A stretch of 64,000 nt of DNA, from positions 65,968 through 129,967 of the forward strand of contig JAZORH010000013.1 in the NCBI GenBank assembly GCA_045656565.1, in the 5' to 3' direction. Source of the DNA: Candidatus Onthomorpha sp. (lineage in GTDB: Bacteria > Bacteroidota > Bacteroidia > Bacteroidales > P3). Every line of letters begins with the position of its first letter. Position 1 is the stretch's first letter. The notes below the pieces were generated by a model. The model searched no databases. It had not been told where the DNA came from and saw nothing but the letters and a program-made list of their open reading frames with translations. This document shows positions 1 through 10,397 of this stretch, piece by piece. The translations under genes were made by a program, and so were the position numbers.

Positions 1-894
1 TTCAAGTGCATATGGAATACTTTGAAGAAAATGTGTCTTACCTTGGAAGTATCCTCTATATCCGTAAGACCCCATTGCTTGCATTATTCTTATATATACA
101 TACGCATAGTATTTATTTACAAACTCTTCTTTATCTATGCTTATATACTTTGATAATTCCTCTAAATAAACTTGCAACAATTCTTCACGCAATTCTTCTG
201 ATAGATTCGCCTTTGCATCATATAATAATGATGCTACATCGTATTGCAATGCACCTTGTCTTGCTCCTTGAAAATCTATAAAATAGACATCATTTTTGTG
301 CAACATAATATTGCGAGATTGAAAATCTCTGTAAAGAAAATATTCACATTCACAATTCAAAAGATAATCTTTCAAAACGGCGAAATCTGCTTCCAAGCTT
401 TCCTCATCAAATGGAATCTCTGCTAATTTCAAGAAATAGTACTTAAAATAATTCAAATCCCATTGAATACTCTGAGCATCGAATCTCTGTCTCGGATAGG
501 CATTCGTATAATCAAAACCCTTAGTCGCCTCAACCTGCCAACGTGGTAAAATTTTAACTATTTTGGTATATATTTTCTTTACGTCCTCTTCGCTAGCGGT
601 CTTTATGTAGTCAAACAAAGTCAAATCGCCCAAATCTTCCTGCAAGTATACATTTTGTTTTTCATCTACTGCAATAATTTTAGGCACATTCAATCCTCTA
701 TCACTTAACTGATTTGCATAACTAACGAATGCCAAATTTTCTTTCTCGTCACTATTATATGCACCAATGACTGTAAGGGTAGCGCTTCTCAAACGAAAAT
801 ACTTCCTTGCCGAGCCATGAGCAGACAACGATTCAAACTCATTTGGCATCACTCCATAGGTGCGATAAAATAAATCCTTAATTGCTTTTTCCAT
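1..894 (-). CDS. APH/AmgK-like phosphotransferase (kinase) family protein; its 3' end lies beyond the left window edge
   Basis: Missing from the ORF track because it has no stop codon in the window. My translation of the minus strand from the ATG at 894-892 gives [37 protein letters not shown]...EYFLYRDFQSRNIMLHKNDVYFIDFQGARQGALQYDVASLLYDAKANL. The RDFQSRN catalytic loop and IDFQ metal-binding motif fit the aminoglycoside-phosphotransferase fold. The + ORFs 6..281 and 244..426 are antisense shadows. Confidence 0.7.
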   Translation of the reverse strand, partial: MEKAIKDLFYRTYGVMPNEFESLSAHGSARKYFRLRSATLTVIGAYNSDEKENLAFVSYANQLSDRGLNVPKIIAVDEKQNVYLQEDLGDLTLFDYIKTASEEDVKKIYTKIVKILPRWQVEATKGFDYTNAYPRQRFDAQSIQWDLNYFKYYFLKLAEIPFDEESLEADFAVLKDYLLNCECEYFLYRDFQSRNIMLHKNDVYFIDFQGARQGALQYDVASLLYDAKANLSEELREELLQVYLEELSKYISIDKEEFVNKYYAYVYIRIMQAMGSYGYRGYFQGKTHFLQSIPYALE

Positions 895-1588
895 CTATCA
901 GTTTTTCTGCAATTATAAAATCAATCGATTGTGTCAATTTAATATTTTCTCTACTACCATCAACAATAGAAAGAGACTCACCTTCTTTCAAAACGGACTC
1001 TACAAGACTTGCGTCATCTGTGAATCGCTTTTCATACTCTTTGCCATAAGCTTTCTTCAATAGTAACAAGTCAAAACACTGAGGGGTTTGAACTAATTTC
1101 ACTTTTTCTCTTTCTAATGCCTTGTTATCATATCTCAAAGAATCTGTACAATCTACACAAGCAATCGCTGCTCCTGTTTTTTCAGCAGCATTGAAACAGT
1201 CTTCAAAAATCTTCTTAGTTGCAAATGGACGAACGCCATCATGCACTGCAACAAGCGCTCTATCCGCTTTAGTTTCTATAGAATCCACTGCAGCTTTCAC
1301 AGAATAGAATCTCTCACTGCCACCCTTAACAAGAGTATGTTCTATCTTGCATTCATATTTCTGACACAAAGATTGCCAAAATTCAAATCTCTCTTCAGGC
1401 AATACGATTATAATATTAGCCTCAGGCACCGAAGAATGAACCATTTTTAGGCACTCTATAAGAACTACACTCTTGCCCAAAGGTAAGAATTGTTTCTCAA
1501 GAGCAGCCCCCATCCTTCTTCCGCTACCCCCTGCTACAATTATAACAAATTTCTTAATCGTATTACAAGATGAGCATTGCATCTCCAT
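878..1588 (-). CDS. ispD: 2-C-methyl-D-erythritol 4-phosphate cytidylyltransferase
   Basis: ORF 878..1621. It has the N-terminal [12 protein letters not shown] nucleotide-binding motif and an IspD-like body (VHDGVRPF). I prefer the internal Met at 1588 (or 1582) because the longest form overlaps queA by 59 nt. Confidence 0.85.
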   Translation of the reverse strand: MEMQCSSCNTIKKFVIIVAGGSGRRMGAALEKQFLPLGKSVVLIECLKMVHSSVPEANIIIVLPEERFEFWQSLCQKYECKIEHTLVKGGSERFYSVKAAVDSIETKADRALVAVHDGVRPFATKKIFEDCFNAAEKTGAAIACVDCTDSLRYDNKALEREKVKLVQTPQCFDLLLLKKAYGKEYEKRFTDDASLVESVLKEGESLSIVDGSRENIKLTQSIDFIIAEKLIDGKSN

Positions 1589-2618
1589 AAGTGAAGAACT
1601 TATATTTCTTTTCAACTGCATACTTATAAGCCTTCATCACTAAATCATAACCACCAAAAGCAGCAACCTGCATAAGCATAGAGCTCAATGGCGGGTGGAA
1701 ATTAGTAATCATAGCATCTGCTATAGCAAAATCATATGGAGGAAACAAGAACTTATTAGTCCAACCATTAAATACCTTCACTCTGTTATCAATAATTGCA
1801 GCAGTCTCAACAGCCTTCATAGAAGATGTTCCAATTGTACAAACCTTCTTACGAGCAGCCTTTGCATTGTTTATCAAACGTGCATTTTCTTCATTAATAA
1901 TCATCTGCTCTGAATCCATCTTATGCTTAGTCAAATCCTCAACCTCTATAGCACGAAAATTACCCAAGCCACTATGCAATGTAATAAAGGCAGTATCAAT
2001 ACCCTTTATTTCCATCTTCTTTATCACCTCACGTGAGAAATGGAAACCAGCTGTTGGAGCAACTACCGCTCCTTCATTCTTAGCGTAAATAGTTTGGTAA
2101 CGATATTCATCTTCTGGCACCAAATCCCTCATTCTAAGCAAGTCATCAGGAAGAGGAGTGTGTCCCATCTTCTTCAACAGAGCATGAAATTCATCATTAG
2201 TACCATCAAACAAAAATCTAAGTGTTCTACCTCTTGATGTAGTATTGTCTATAATTTCAGCAACTAACTCATCATTTTCTCCAAAATACAACTTGTTACC
2301 TATACGAATCTTTCTCGCAGGATCTACCAAAACGTCCCATAGTCTTGTATTTTCGTTAATTTCTCTCAACAAAAACACTTCTATTTTGGCATTTGTCTTT
2401 TCCTTTGTTCCATACAATCGAGCAGGAAACACCTTTGTGTCATTAAAAACAAACAAATCCCCCTCATCGAAATAGTCCAAAACATCTTTGAAAATTCTCT
2501 CTTCCAACTCTCCACTATCTCTATGAACAACCAACAAACGAGATTCATCTCTTTGTTTAGCTGGATGTTGTGCGATAAGTTCAGTTGGTAAATTGTACTT
2601 GAATTGTGAAAGTTTCAT
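1563..2618 (-). CDS. queA: S-adenosylmethionine:tRNA ribosyltransferase-isomerase
   Basis: ORF 1563..2663. [20 protein letters not shown]...RDESRLLV is the canonical QueA N-terminus. The start is taken at 2618 because a -7 promoter box lies inside the longer ORF. Confidence 0.9.
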   Translation of the reverse strand: MKLSQFKYNLPTELIAQHPAKQRDESRLLVVHRDSGELEERIFKDVLDYFDEGDLFVFNDTKVFPARLYGTKEKTNAKIEVFLLREINENTRLWDVLVDPARKIRIGNKLYFGENDELVAEIIDNTTSRGRTLRFLFDGTNDEFHALLKKMGHTPLPDDLLRMRDLVPEDEYRYQTIYAKNEGAVVAPTAGFHFSREVIKKMEIKGIDTAFITLHSGLGNFRAIEVEDLTKHKMDSEQMIINEENARLINNAKAARKKVCTIGTSSMKAVETAAIIDNRVKVFNGWTNKFLFPPYDFAIADAMITNFHPPLSSMLMQVAAFGGYDLVMKAYKYAVEKKYKFFTYGDAMLIL

Positions 2619-2652
2619 ATCTATAGATTTTACTTTATATACGTCAAACGTG

Positions 2653-2660
2653 CAAAGGTA
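2653..2660 (-). promoter_or_regulatory. Bacteroidota -7 promoter element (TACCTTTG) for queA-ispD
   Basis: The reverse complement of caaaggta matches the TAnnTTTG consensus and lies 35 nt upstream of the queA ATG. Confidence 0.55.
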
Positions 2661-2757
2661 CAAAAAAACTCAGCATTTTGCAAATCGTAAGTCATTTTTT
2701 CAAATTTCCCTCAGCAACAAAGCACTTCCAAGACATAGAATACTCTCTCTTAAAAAT

Positions 2758-2852
2758 AAATCTTCGTTTTACTATTAACAAAACGAAGATTCAGAAAATT
2801 AAAACAAAGAAAGAAAAAATTAAAACAAAGTTTCATCTGAGTAAAACAAAGA
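2758..2852 (+). repeat. Intergenic cluster of 21-nt tandem units (family TTTYAGAAAATTAAAACRAAG); the first unit pairs with an inverted copy to form a hairpin
   Basis: The hairpin is aaatcttcgtttt-actattaac-aaaacgaagatt. It is followed by units whose ...AAAACAAAG ends fall at 2788, 2809, 2830 and 2851, an exact 21-nt phase. Confidence 0.8.
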
Positions 2853-2891
2853 GTTCTTATGCCGAAAATCTATTCTTAAAAAGATAATAAA

Positions 2892-2924
2892 GAAAAAGCC
2901 CAAACGCACAAGGCATTCGGGCTT
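2892..2924 (-). terminator. Rho-independent terminator after the C1 peptidase gene
   Basis: The minus strand reads agcccgaa-tgccttgtgcg-tttgggct followed by TTTTT. It lies 25 nt downstream of the stop at 2950. Confidence 0.7.
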
Positions 2925-2949
2925 TTGTCTTTTCAAACCTTAGGGTTTA

Positions 2950-4158
2950 TTACTTGATGTTCAATTTTTGTTTCATTTCAGCAGACAAAGCGTTCTTGTT
3001 GATTTGGATATCGATTGTTTTGTAACGAACAAATGCTTCTGAAGCATAGAAATATCCATTGTATTTTCCGCTATCTGCACCCCATGAATTTTTAACTTTG
3101 TAGAATTTGTTTCCGTTTGCGTCTTTAAACAATCCTACTATGTGCATTCCGTGGTCATCAGTTGTAGAGAAGTTATCGAATCCTTCTTGTCTCATTTCTT
3201 GTGTGATAACTTTTTCTTTTGCTGTTCCATCGAAAGCATAAGCAGCTGCGGCTTTTTCTGCTGCAGTTAGTTTTTCCCATTTTTCTTTTTCAGTTCCGCT
3301 TAAGTCTTTCTTATCAGCATCAGGCACGATTGCAACTCCGTTTTTCCAAGAGAATCCTTTTTCGCTTACGTCAGAACCCCATCCGATTGTATAACCATCT
3401 TCCAAAGCTTTATCCATGATAGCTATCATTTCGTCAAGTGTTACATTGTATATGTGTGCGTGTAACCAGTTGTCTGGAACTTCCAACATAAAGGTTTCAT
3501 AGAATGGGTGGTGTGTGAAAGAACCTATTTCTATGTAATCATTATAATCCAATCCTAAGCTAGCTGCATAAGACATTGGAGTATATTCAACACCTTTGTA
3601 AGTGAATTTCTCAGGCATTGGTCCAAAGTATGAATCCAACAAAGCATTCAAAGCATCTTTCCAATTTGGAGTTAATACTTTTCCATTAGCAAGTGCCTTT
3701 ACGAAACCTTCCAATGCTGGAGTCAAACCTGTGAAGTCAGGAAGTTCTGTTCCATAGTTCAATCCTCTATATACTTCTTCTGGTACGATACCATATTTCT
3801 TTATAATGTAAGGAATGTCTTGGAAAGCACCACCTTCAGCGAATGTAGCAGCGCCGTGGAATCTTATGTAACGTTCTGCTTTTTCCATATAAGCGTTACG
3901 TACTATCCACATTTCCGATAAGTCCACTTCTCCTTTACCTGCTTTGATTACTTCTGATTCTATGAAACTCAATGCAGAGTATGACCAACATGTACCTGAA
4001 CGATTTTGATCCTTAACACTTGTTGCAGGGTTGTCTTTAACTGCTGTAAAGACATAACCTTTTGGCTCTTCTTTTGCCTTTTTGTTTTTCTTTTGAGCAA
4101 AAGTTGCTGTTGATGACAACAACAACACTGCTGCTAATACGTAAATTACTCTTTTCAT
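2950..4158 (-). CDS. Papain-fold C1-family cysteine peptidase (aminopeptidase C / bleomycin-hydrolase-like) with signal peptide
   Basis: The active-site context is QNRSGTCWSYSALSF, with distal DHGMHIVG and NSWG motifs. The N-terminus MKRVIYVLAAVLLLSSTATFAQ is a signal peptide. Confidence 0.8.
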   Translation of the reverse strand: MKRVIYVLAAVLLLSSTATFAQKKNKKAKEEPKGYVFTAVKDNPATSVKDQNRSGTCWSYSALSFIESEVIKAGKGEVDLSEMWIVRNAYMEKAERYIRFHGAATFAEGGAFQDIPYIIKKYGIVPEEVYRGLNYGTELPDFTGLTPALEGFVKALANGKVLTPNWKDALNALLDSYFGPMPEKFTYKGVEYTPMSYAASLGLDYNDYIEIGSFTHHPFYETFMLEVPDNWLHAHIYNVTLDEMIAIMDKALEDGYTIGWGSDVSEKGFSWKNGVAIVPDADKKDLSGTEKEKWEKLTAAEKAAAAYAFDGTAKEKVITQEMRQEGFDNFSTTDDHGMHIVGLFKDANGNKFYKVKNSWGADSGKYNGYFYASEAFVRYKTIDIQINKNALSAEMKQKLNIK

Positions 4159-4189
4159 TTGTTTTAACTGTTTTTATTTTTTATTTATT

Positions 4190-5326
4190 TTACTTTACCA
4201 ACATAACTGGCATAACTAACATCAATATATTTTCAATTGGATCTTCTTGTTCCTTGTATGGGAATATTATTCCAGCTCTATCCGGTGTTGACATTTCCAT
4301 CAACAACAATTCTGTGTCGATGTTATTCAACATTTCCATCAAGAAATTAGCGTTGAATCCTATTTCCAAATCATCACCATTGTAGTTACAGTTCAATTTC
4401 TCCTTAGCCAGAGTTGCCATATCGGTATCCTCAGCAGAAATCAACAATTCGTTATCCTTTAATCTGAAAACAACTTGATTATTTACTTGATTAGCAAACA
4501 AAGCAACTCTCTTAACTGATTCAAACAACAATCCTCTGTCGATAATCAACTTATTAGGATTATTTTCTGGTATTGCCATATTGTAATTAGGATACTTGCC
4601 TTCTATCAAACGGCTAACCATTGTGTAGTTTTCAAATTCAAACTTCACATTCTCTTGATTGTTCGCCATTGTTACCATTATCTCTTCCTTGTGAGAAGAA
4701 AGCAATTTGTTCAAAAGGCTCAATGGGGTTTTAGGAAGTATAAAGCTTCTTTGTTCATCGTTCTTACAATCAGTCCTTGTGTATTTTACTAATTTGTGAG
4801 CGTCGGTTGCAACAAATATTGTTTCGTTTTGAGTTTGTTCACACAAAACTCCTGTCATCTGAGGTCTCATTTCACCTGTACCTGTTGCAAACAAAGTCTT
4901 TCCTATTGCTTTAACCAAAACGCTTGAAGGTAATGTTGTCAAAGCTGGATTAGACAATTCTATTGCAGTTGGATAATTCGTCGGATCCTCTCCAACTAAT
5001 TTATACCTACCTGTTCCTGCTGTAATTTCAACAGAGTAATCTTGTTTTACCTCTACTGTTATTTGTTGTCCTGACAAGCTGTTCACAACTTCCAAGAACA
5101 TTTTAGCCGGTATTGCTATCTTATTCACATCATCTTGTTCCAACATACCAGGAATCAATTTCACTGATATAGTTGTTTCCAAATCTGATGCTGTCAATTT
5201 CAATTGGTCATTCTCAACTTCCAACAAAAAATTCAATAATATCGGCATTGTTCTACCCGAAGGCACAACTGATGATATTGAATGCAAACTGCGAGACAAT
5301 GCTCCTCCATGAATTATAAACTTCAT
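4190..5326 (-). CDS. dnaN: DNA polymerase III subunit beta (sliding clamp)
   Basis: 378 aa. MKFIIHGGALSRSLHSISSVVPSGRTMPILLNFLLEV...LKLTASDLETTISV is a typical DnaN N-terminus, and the length fits three clamp domains. Confidence 0.9.
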   Translation of the reverse strand: MKFIIHGGALSRSLHSISSVVPSGRTMPILLNFLLEVENDQLKLTASDLETTISVKLIPGMLEQDDVNKIAIPAKMFLEVVNSLSGQQITVEVKQDYSVEITAGTGRYKLVGEDPTNYPTAIELSNPALTTLPSSVLVKAIGKTLFATGTGEMRPQMTGVLCEQTQNETIFVATDAHKLVKYTRTDCKNDEQRSFILPKTPLSLLNKLLSSHKEEIMVTMANNQENVKFEFENYTMVSRLIEGKYPNYNMAIPENNPNKLIIDRGLLFESVKRVALFANQVNNQVVFRLKDNELLISAEDTDMATLAKEKLNCNYNGDDLEIGFNANFLMEMLNNIDTELLLMEMSTPDRAGIIFPYKEQEDPIENILMLVMPVMLVK

Positions 5327-5373
5327 ATTCTTTTGTATTTTTATTTTCGTTTCTTACTATATGGTAATATTAC

Positions 5374-6429
5374 TTAATTTTTGAAATAATAACTTGCTGG
5401 TTTCAATAAATGGTCCAAAACAAAGAATTGAAAAATTAAAGTATCCTTGTTTCCACTATGCAAGCCATAGCAACGATTCACATCAAAAATATTATAAAAG
5501 TCGCTTTCATTTTCAGCTATGCTCGAAGGATCATACAACTTCGAATATGTTTTCAACTGATTTTGCTCTCCCTTTGTATTTTTCACTGTAAAGACAAATG
5601 CAGGTGCTTGAGAGAACACTGTATCTTTTTCTATTTGAGGAATATTCTTTGCAACGCTTTCGTAATTCAACTCAAACAAACTAGACAACAAAGCAACTAC
5701 TTTAACAGTATCAAATTTTGCCAATTTAGTTTTTGATTCTAGCATATTAAAATCAAATCCGCTTCCATTCTTTACAAGTTCGAAACTTTCAGAAGGCTGA
5801 TTTGGAATCTCAACTTTAAGATATGCAATATCATCTCTATTATATTTGAACACAGCATGCGATCTCCAAATATCTTCTACTGCTGAAAAGCGAGTTGATA
5901 AGTAACCTTTGAAACTTGGAATATAAACAACACAAGGCTCTTCTTCTCCTTTAAGCATCATATATGTACCCATGTTGTCTTGTGTTTCGGATCCAACAAA
6001 ATAAGTCTTATTTACCTTCTCTCTTTCGAATAATTTGATTCCCCAAAAGTCAATTAAATACTTTTTTTGCCAAACTTGAACTTTCTTACCGCTAGCAGCC
6101 AATTGCTTAACGATGTTATTTCTTGCAGCTTTTGCGATAGGCTCACGCACTCTCATATCTTTGAAAGTTGAAAGTAAGCTTTCTATCATTTTAATATTGG
6201 CATCACGTCCATTGACAACCCAACTACTATCTGTTTTCTTTTCCAATGACAAAGTTCGTTCGTCCTTATCATCTATTATAATCTTGGTGATAGAGTTTAT
6301 ATCTTTTATATTGTAATTCTGTTCTATCGTAGTATCATCTTGCATTAACAAAACAACTGCAACAACCACAAGCATCACCACTGCCAAAGCAGATATTACA
6401 TAATTTCTTTGTTTTCTATTCAGTTTCAT
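5374..6429 (-). CDS. DUF4340-like membrane-anchored protein, the usual neighbour of GldG
   Basis: It has a single N-terminal TM segment (VISALAVVMLVVVAVVLLM) and sits directly downstream of gldF-gldG with a 12-nt gap. The family assignment is by recollection and context. Confidence 0.55.
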   Translation of the reverse strand: MKLNRKQRNYVISALAVVMLVVVAVVLLMQDDTTIEQNYNIKDINSITKIIIDDKDERTLSLEKKTDSSWVVNGRDANIKMIESLLSTFKDMRVREPIAKAARNNIVKQLAASGKKVQVWQKKYLIDFWGIKLFEREKVNKTYFVGSETQDNMGTYMMLKGEEEPCVVYIPSFKGYLSTRFSAVEDIWRSHAVFKYNRDDIAYLKVEIPNQPSESFELVKNGSGFDFNMLESKTKLAKFDTVKVVALLSSLFELNYESVAKNIPQIEKDTVFSQAPAFVFTVKNTKGEQNQLKTYSKLYDPSSIAENESDFYNIFDVNRCYGLHSGNKDTLIFQFFVLDHLLKPASYYFKN

Positions 6430-6441
6430 TTCTTATATATA

Positions 6442-8247
6442 TTAGTGTTTTACAGTAGTATTCTTTTTGCAATAGATTCTCTTTCTCATCAAAATCAAAA
6501 TAACTCCCGACAATATCACAATCACAACCGGTAAAGCAACGTTTATGACTTGCCAAAATGTACGTTCACGTTCTATTTTTGCAGTATCCAGTTTTCTCAT
6601 TATTACTTCTCTCGAACGTAATGGGATTAAATCTTCATCACCGCAAAGATAATTAACACAATTTACCAAGAACTCTTTATTACCATACATTTGTCTTGTG
6701 TACTTATCATATCCTAATGGTAGCAATTGTCCATTTATAAAATCATTTCTACAAATATCTCCATCGGCAACAACTATCATTGAAGTAGAATCTGAATAAT
6801 CTTTGTAGGCTATTTGAGTACTTTCCTCCATAGTTGCAGTCAGTCTGTTTTTGAAAGCAGAAACGAATTCACCTTCTAAAAGCATTGCAACAGGTTTTGC
6901 TCCTGAATTAAACAAATTCGCACTTTGTTTTTGCTTCAACATTGTAAGAGATACATTAACCGGAGCATTCATAATTCTTGTTCCAGCAGAAGAAGATAAC
7001 AACACTGTTTTCGTTGCTTGGGAAGCTGTTGTATCAATTGTAGAAACAAATTCCATTTTCACAGGACTAATTTTATCAGATACAACATGATTAGAATTTG
7101 GATGGATTTCTGGAAAGAAATTCCAAGGATAATAAGTCATCTGTGGTACATTATCCTGATATTGTCCTGTTACAATAGGAACTTTGGCGCATTGCAAATC
7201 CATCACCAAATTAGTGTTGACTTTAGCTCCGTAACGGAATAAAATATCATCGACACCCGTAAAATTAGATATTGCTAAAGTTGATGGTTGTGTTTGTAAA
7301 CTATCCATTGACACATTCAATGCGTCCAACAACCACAACACTCTTCCGCCATGCATAATAAATTGGTCAATTATGTATAAGTCTTTATACGAAAAAACAG
7401 ACGTAGGCTTTGCAACAATCATACATTTGTACTTATTAGCAAAACCTACTGCATTCGCGGTTGTAGTATCGTAAACTCTATCTGTCAAAGAGTTCAATTT
7501 CTCATTTATTGTTATTGAATCAACATCATAATACTCACTAAGAGAAGACACAAAGTCGTAAATATTTTCAACAGGTAGCTCTCCATGACCATAAAGGAAA
7601 ACAACCTTATCTTTTTTTGCAGCTACAATTGATCGAATTGAAGAATAAAGATTGTATTCTAAGTTTTCTATAGAACCTGCTATGATTCCATCACCTGCAA
7701 TTCCCTTTTTAGAACTCAACAACGGAACAATCGAAGTTCTTCCCTTGTGTACAATCTCTATATATGGGAAAATATATTGTTGAACTTGAGTATTAGATTT
7801 AGTAGTTCTTGTATTTATTGGGCTGAATCCTTTTTCAAATAATCTACCATAAAATTCATCTCTTTCCTTGTGGTTTTCAAAATTATTCGGATCAATAAAT
7901 TCATACTCTATATTTGAATTATAAGCTCTGAATTGGTCTAACATTTCCTTAGTTTCATTCTTCAAAGTCTTATAACTTGCAGGCATATCTCCATTAAGGT
8001 AACAGCGTATAAAGACCACTTCATCTATCTGTTTCAACATTGACTTTGTTGAATCGGAAAGACTATACCGTTTCTCTTCTGTTAAATCCAAACGTGCAAA
8101 GAAATAATACCCTACAACATTTACAAATATTATAGTTATCAAACCTAAAACCAACTGTAAAATATGAGAACGTTTCACATCAGCTTTCACACTTGTTGGC
8201 TTGAAAACTTTCTTAAAAAAACTGATTATTCGCTTTTTCATTTCCAT
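6442..8247 (-). CDS. gldG: Gliding-associated ABC-transporter auxiliary component GldG-like
   Basis: 601 aa with N- and C-terminal TM anchors flanking a large extracytoplasmic domain. It follows the ABC-2 permease with a 10-nt gap, which is the classic gldF-gldG arrangement. Confidence 0.7.
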   Translation of the reverse strand: MEMKKRIISFFKKVFKPTSVKADVKRSHILQLVLGLITIIFVNVVGYYFFARLDLTEEKRYSLSDSTKSMLKQIDEVVFIRCYLNGDMPASYKTLKNETKEMLDQFRAYNSNIEYEFIDPNNFENHKERDEFYGRLFEKGFSPINTRTTKSNTQVQQYIFPYIEIVHKGRTSIVPLLSSKKGIAGDGIIAGSIENLEYNLYSSIRSIVAAKKDKVVFLYGHGELPVENIYDFVSSLSEYYDVDSITINEKLNSLTDRVYDTTTANAVGFANKYKCMIVAKPTSVFSYKDLYIIDQFIMHGGRVLWLLDALNVSMDSLQTQPSTLAISNFTGVDDILFRYGAKVNTNLVMDLQCAKVPIVTGQYQDNVPQMTYYPWNFFPEIHPNSNHVVSDKISPVKMEFVSTIDTTASQATKTVLLSSSAGTRIMNAPVNVSLTMLKQKQSANLFNSGAKPVAMLLEGEFVSAFKNRLTATMEESTQIAYKDYSDSTSMIVVADGDICRNDFINGQLLPLGYDKYTRQMYGNKEFLVNCVNYLCGDEDLIPLRSREVIMRKLDTAKIERERTFWQVINVALPVVIVILSGVILILMRKRIYCKKNTTVKH

Positions 8248-8257
8248 TTCTTAATTC

Positions 8258-8995
8258 CTATTTCTGCCAGTTCCTACTCTCCAAGCTTAACTTTGTTAGC
8301 AACAAAAAGAAGCCTACCACACTCAGATAATATATCACATCTCTAGTATCAATCACCCCTCTACTGATAGAAGTGTAATGGTGGTTAATACCTAATGACT
8401 TAACAAACAAATCAACCTCCGAAATAAGAGGCAGACGTGCCATATACTCAAAGCCTATATACATAAAGGCCGAAAGAAACACCGCTGCAATAAAAGCAAC
8501 TATCTGATTATTGGTTACAGAGGAAGAAAAAACACCTATAGACACGAATATCGCTCCTAAAAACACCAATCCGATATACGAGCCCATTATTCCACCTAAG
8601 TCCAAATTACCTTTTGGCAGTCCTAATTGATAAACGGCACAAATGTACACAAGAGTCGGCAATACAGATATAACAACCAATGTGATACCTGCAAGAAATT
8701 TTGCCATTATTATTGAAAAATCACTCAAAGGTTTTGTAAGTAGCAAAGCAATTGTTCCATTCTTTTTTTCCTCTGCAAACATCTTCATCGTTATTGCAGG
8801 AATTAGGAAAAGAAATACCCAAGGAGCTAATACAAACAACCCATCTAAACCTGCAACTCCGTAATCCAACACATTACTTTCCCCATTTATCACCCATAAA
8901 AACAAACCATTAACCACTAAAAACACAACAATGGTCAAGTAACCTATTATTGAGGTAAGGAAAGACATCAATTCCTTTCTGTAAAGTACAAACAT
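8258..8995 (-). CDS. gldF: ABC-2 type transporter permease, GldF-like
   Basis: 245 aa, polytopic (about 6 TM). The N-terminus MFVLYRKELMSFLTSIIGY is typical of ABC-2/GldF permeases. Confidence 0.7.
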   Translation of the reverse strand: MFVLYRKELMSFLTSIIGYLTIVVFLVVNGLFLWVINGESNVLDYGVAGLDGLFVLAPWVFLFLIPAITMKMFAEEKKNGTIALLLTKPLSDFSIIMAKFLAGITLVVISVLPTLVYICAVYQLGLPKGNLDLGGIMGSYIGLVFLGAIFVSIGVFSSSVTNNQIVAFIAAVFLSAFMYIGFEYMARLPLISEVDLFVKSLGINHHYTSISRGVIDTRDVIYYLSVVGFFLLLTKLSLESRNWQK

Positions 8996-9130
8996 ATCTT
9001 TTCGAACTTATTTATCAATCTGCGAAATTACGAAAAAAAATCCAACTTAAACAAATTTTCGTTTCCACTTATCAACATATCACACCGTAAACTCTAACAT
9101 TAGCTTATAAAAACCAAGTTTTATACCATA

Positions 9131-9165
9131 AAAAAATAAGGAAAGCCGTATTGACTTCCCTTATT
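9131..9165 (-). terminator. Terminator after PepSY-like paralog 1
   Basis: The minus strand reads aataagggaag-tcaatacgg-ctttccttatt followed by a T-run. Confidence 0.6.
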
Positions 9166-9189
9166 GTATAAATTTATCAAAATATTAAC

Positions 9190-9627
9190 TTAATCGTCAT
9201 AGCGTTTGAAGTTTCCATTTTTATCAAATACAATATCAATACCGTTATTCAACTCAACATTGTATTCTCTTCTATCCTTATCTATATCAACCACAAAAGC
9301 ATTTTGGTGTTTTTCTGCAACGAAAGAGTTTATCGCAGCAGGTATAATAGCCACAGGAACACCATCATTCTTTCTTACCTCAACGCTTGTCCAATCTCCA
9401 TCTTTGTCAAAGTCCACCTTAGCACCGTCAGCAAAACGAACCTCATAGTCTTTGTCAAATATATCACAGTCGCAAAATGCCATTGTTATTTCCTTATCTG
9501 AAAAGTGTGTTCGGATAAAAGATTGTGCTTTCGCAGGAAGTTGATTAAAATCCACCACTTTACTGTTTGATGACTCACAACTGAAAAACATAAATACAGC
9601 CATAAGTATTGTCATTATTCTTTTCAT
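9190..9627 (-). CDS. PepSY-like (putative beta-lactamase-inhibitor-like, DUF2874-type) lipoprotein, paralog 1
   Basis: 145 aa with lipobox FFSC. It carries the repeated motif pattern LPAKAQSFI...EV.F..G.KV.FD..G.W and PAAINSFV...VELNNGI...FDKNG. Confidence 0.6.
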   Translation of the reverse strand: MKRIMTILMAVFMFFSCESSNSKVVDFNQLPAKAQSFIRTHFSDKEITMAFCDCDIFDKDYEVRFADGAKVDFDKDGDWTSVEVRKNDGVPVAIIPAAINSFVAEKHQNAFVVDIDKDRREYNVELNNGIDIVFDKNGNFKRYDD

Positions 9628-9807
9628 TGTTTTTTTTATTTTTTAGTTTAACCATCTGATTGTATTAACGTAAAGAATTACCAATTGTTTTATATACGTT
9701 TGAAAAATATTGCATATTTATAATTTATACACCTATTAAAGTTCTTAAATCAAAACTTCCGGACAATCAGTTTTTGGGAATGTTTTACCAATTTTTGAAT
9801 CCCTTTG

Positions 9808-9883
9808 AGCGAAACGAAGTTTTAGAGGTAACGAAACGGCGTTTTAGAAAATCAGATTCAAGTTTTAGAAAATTAAAACAAAG
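9808..9883 (+). repeat. Intergenic 21/22-nt tandem unit cluster (same family)
   Basis: Units end at 9819, 9841, 9862 and 9883. The last is the exact 21-mer TTTTAGAAAATTAAAACAAAG, which is also present reverse-complemented at 18307-18327. Confidence 0.8.
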
Positions 9884-9901
9884 TTTCATTAAATGGCAAA
9901 C

Positions 9902-9931
9902 AAAAAAAGGAGAAACTCGAAAGTTCCTCCT
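9902..9931 (-). terminator. Terminator after PepSY-like paralog 2
   Basis: The minus strand reads aggaggaac-tttcga-gtttctcct followed by TTTTTTT. Confidence 0.65.
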
Positions 9932-9959
9932 ATCATGTAGATTTATCAAATATATTCAC

Positions 9960-10397
9960 TTAATCATCATATCGTTTGAAGTCTCCGTCTCTTTCGAAGT
10001 AAATTTCAATGCCATTATTCAACTCAACTTTATACTCTAAGAAATCTTTATCAATATCCACCACATAGTTATTTGGGTGTCTTCCTGTAACGAAAGAGTT
10101 TATCGCAGCAGGCATTGCAGATGCAGGAACACGTTGATTCTTTCCCATATCAATATTTATCCACTCTCCACTTCTGTTAAAATCTACTTTCGTACCATCA
10201 GCAAAACTCACTTCATAATCTCTATCTATGAAATCATCATCACTAAACACCAATGTAATTTCTTTATCTGCAAAATGGGTTTTAATAAACGATTGAGCCT
10301 TTGCAGGAAGCTGATGGAAATCTAAAACTCTGCTGTTTGAGGATTCACAACTAAAAAATACAAACGCAGTCATTAGTACTATAAACACTCTTTTCAT
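9960..10397 (-). CDS. PepSY-like (DUF2874-type) lipoprotein, paralog 2
   Basis: 145 aa and colinear with 9190..9627, roughly two-thirds identical by eye. It has the same FFSCESSNS lipobox and the same C-terminal KRYDD. Confidence 0.6.
   Translation of the reverse strand: MKRVFIVLMTAFVFFSCESSNSRVLDFHQLPAKAQSFIKTHFADKEITLVFSDDDFIDRDYEVSFADGTKVDFNRSGEWINIDMGKNQRVPASAMPAAINSFVTGRHPNNYVVDIDKDFLEYKVELNNGIEIYFERDGDFKRYDD

Noticed and set aside
6-426. The + strand ORFs 6..281 and 244..426
   Set aside because: They are antisense to a clear kinase-fold ORF that runs off the window edge. Their composition is hydrophobic and low in information.
4159-5373. oriC / DnaA-box cluster next to dnaN
   Set aside because: dnaA is not adjacent, and the flanking spacers are only about 30-47 nt long. 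I saw no TTATCCACA-like boxes in them.
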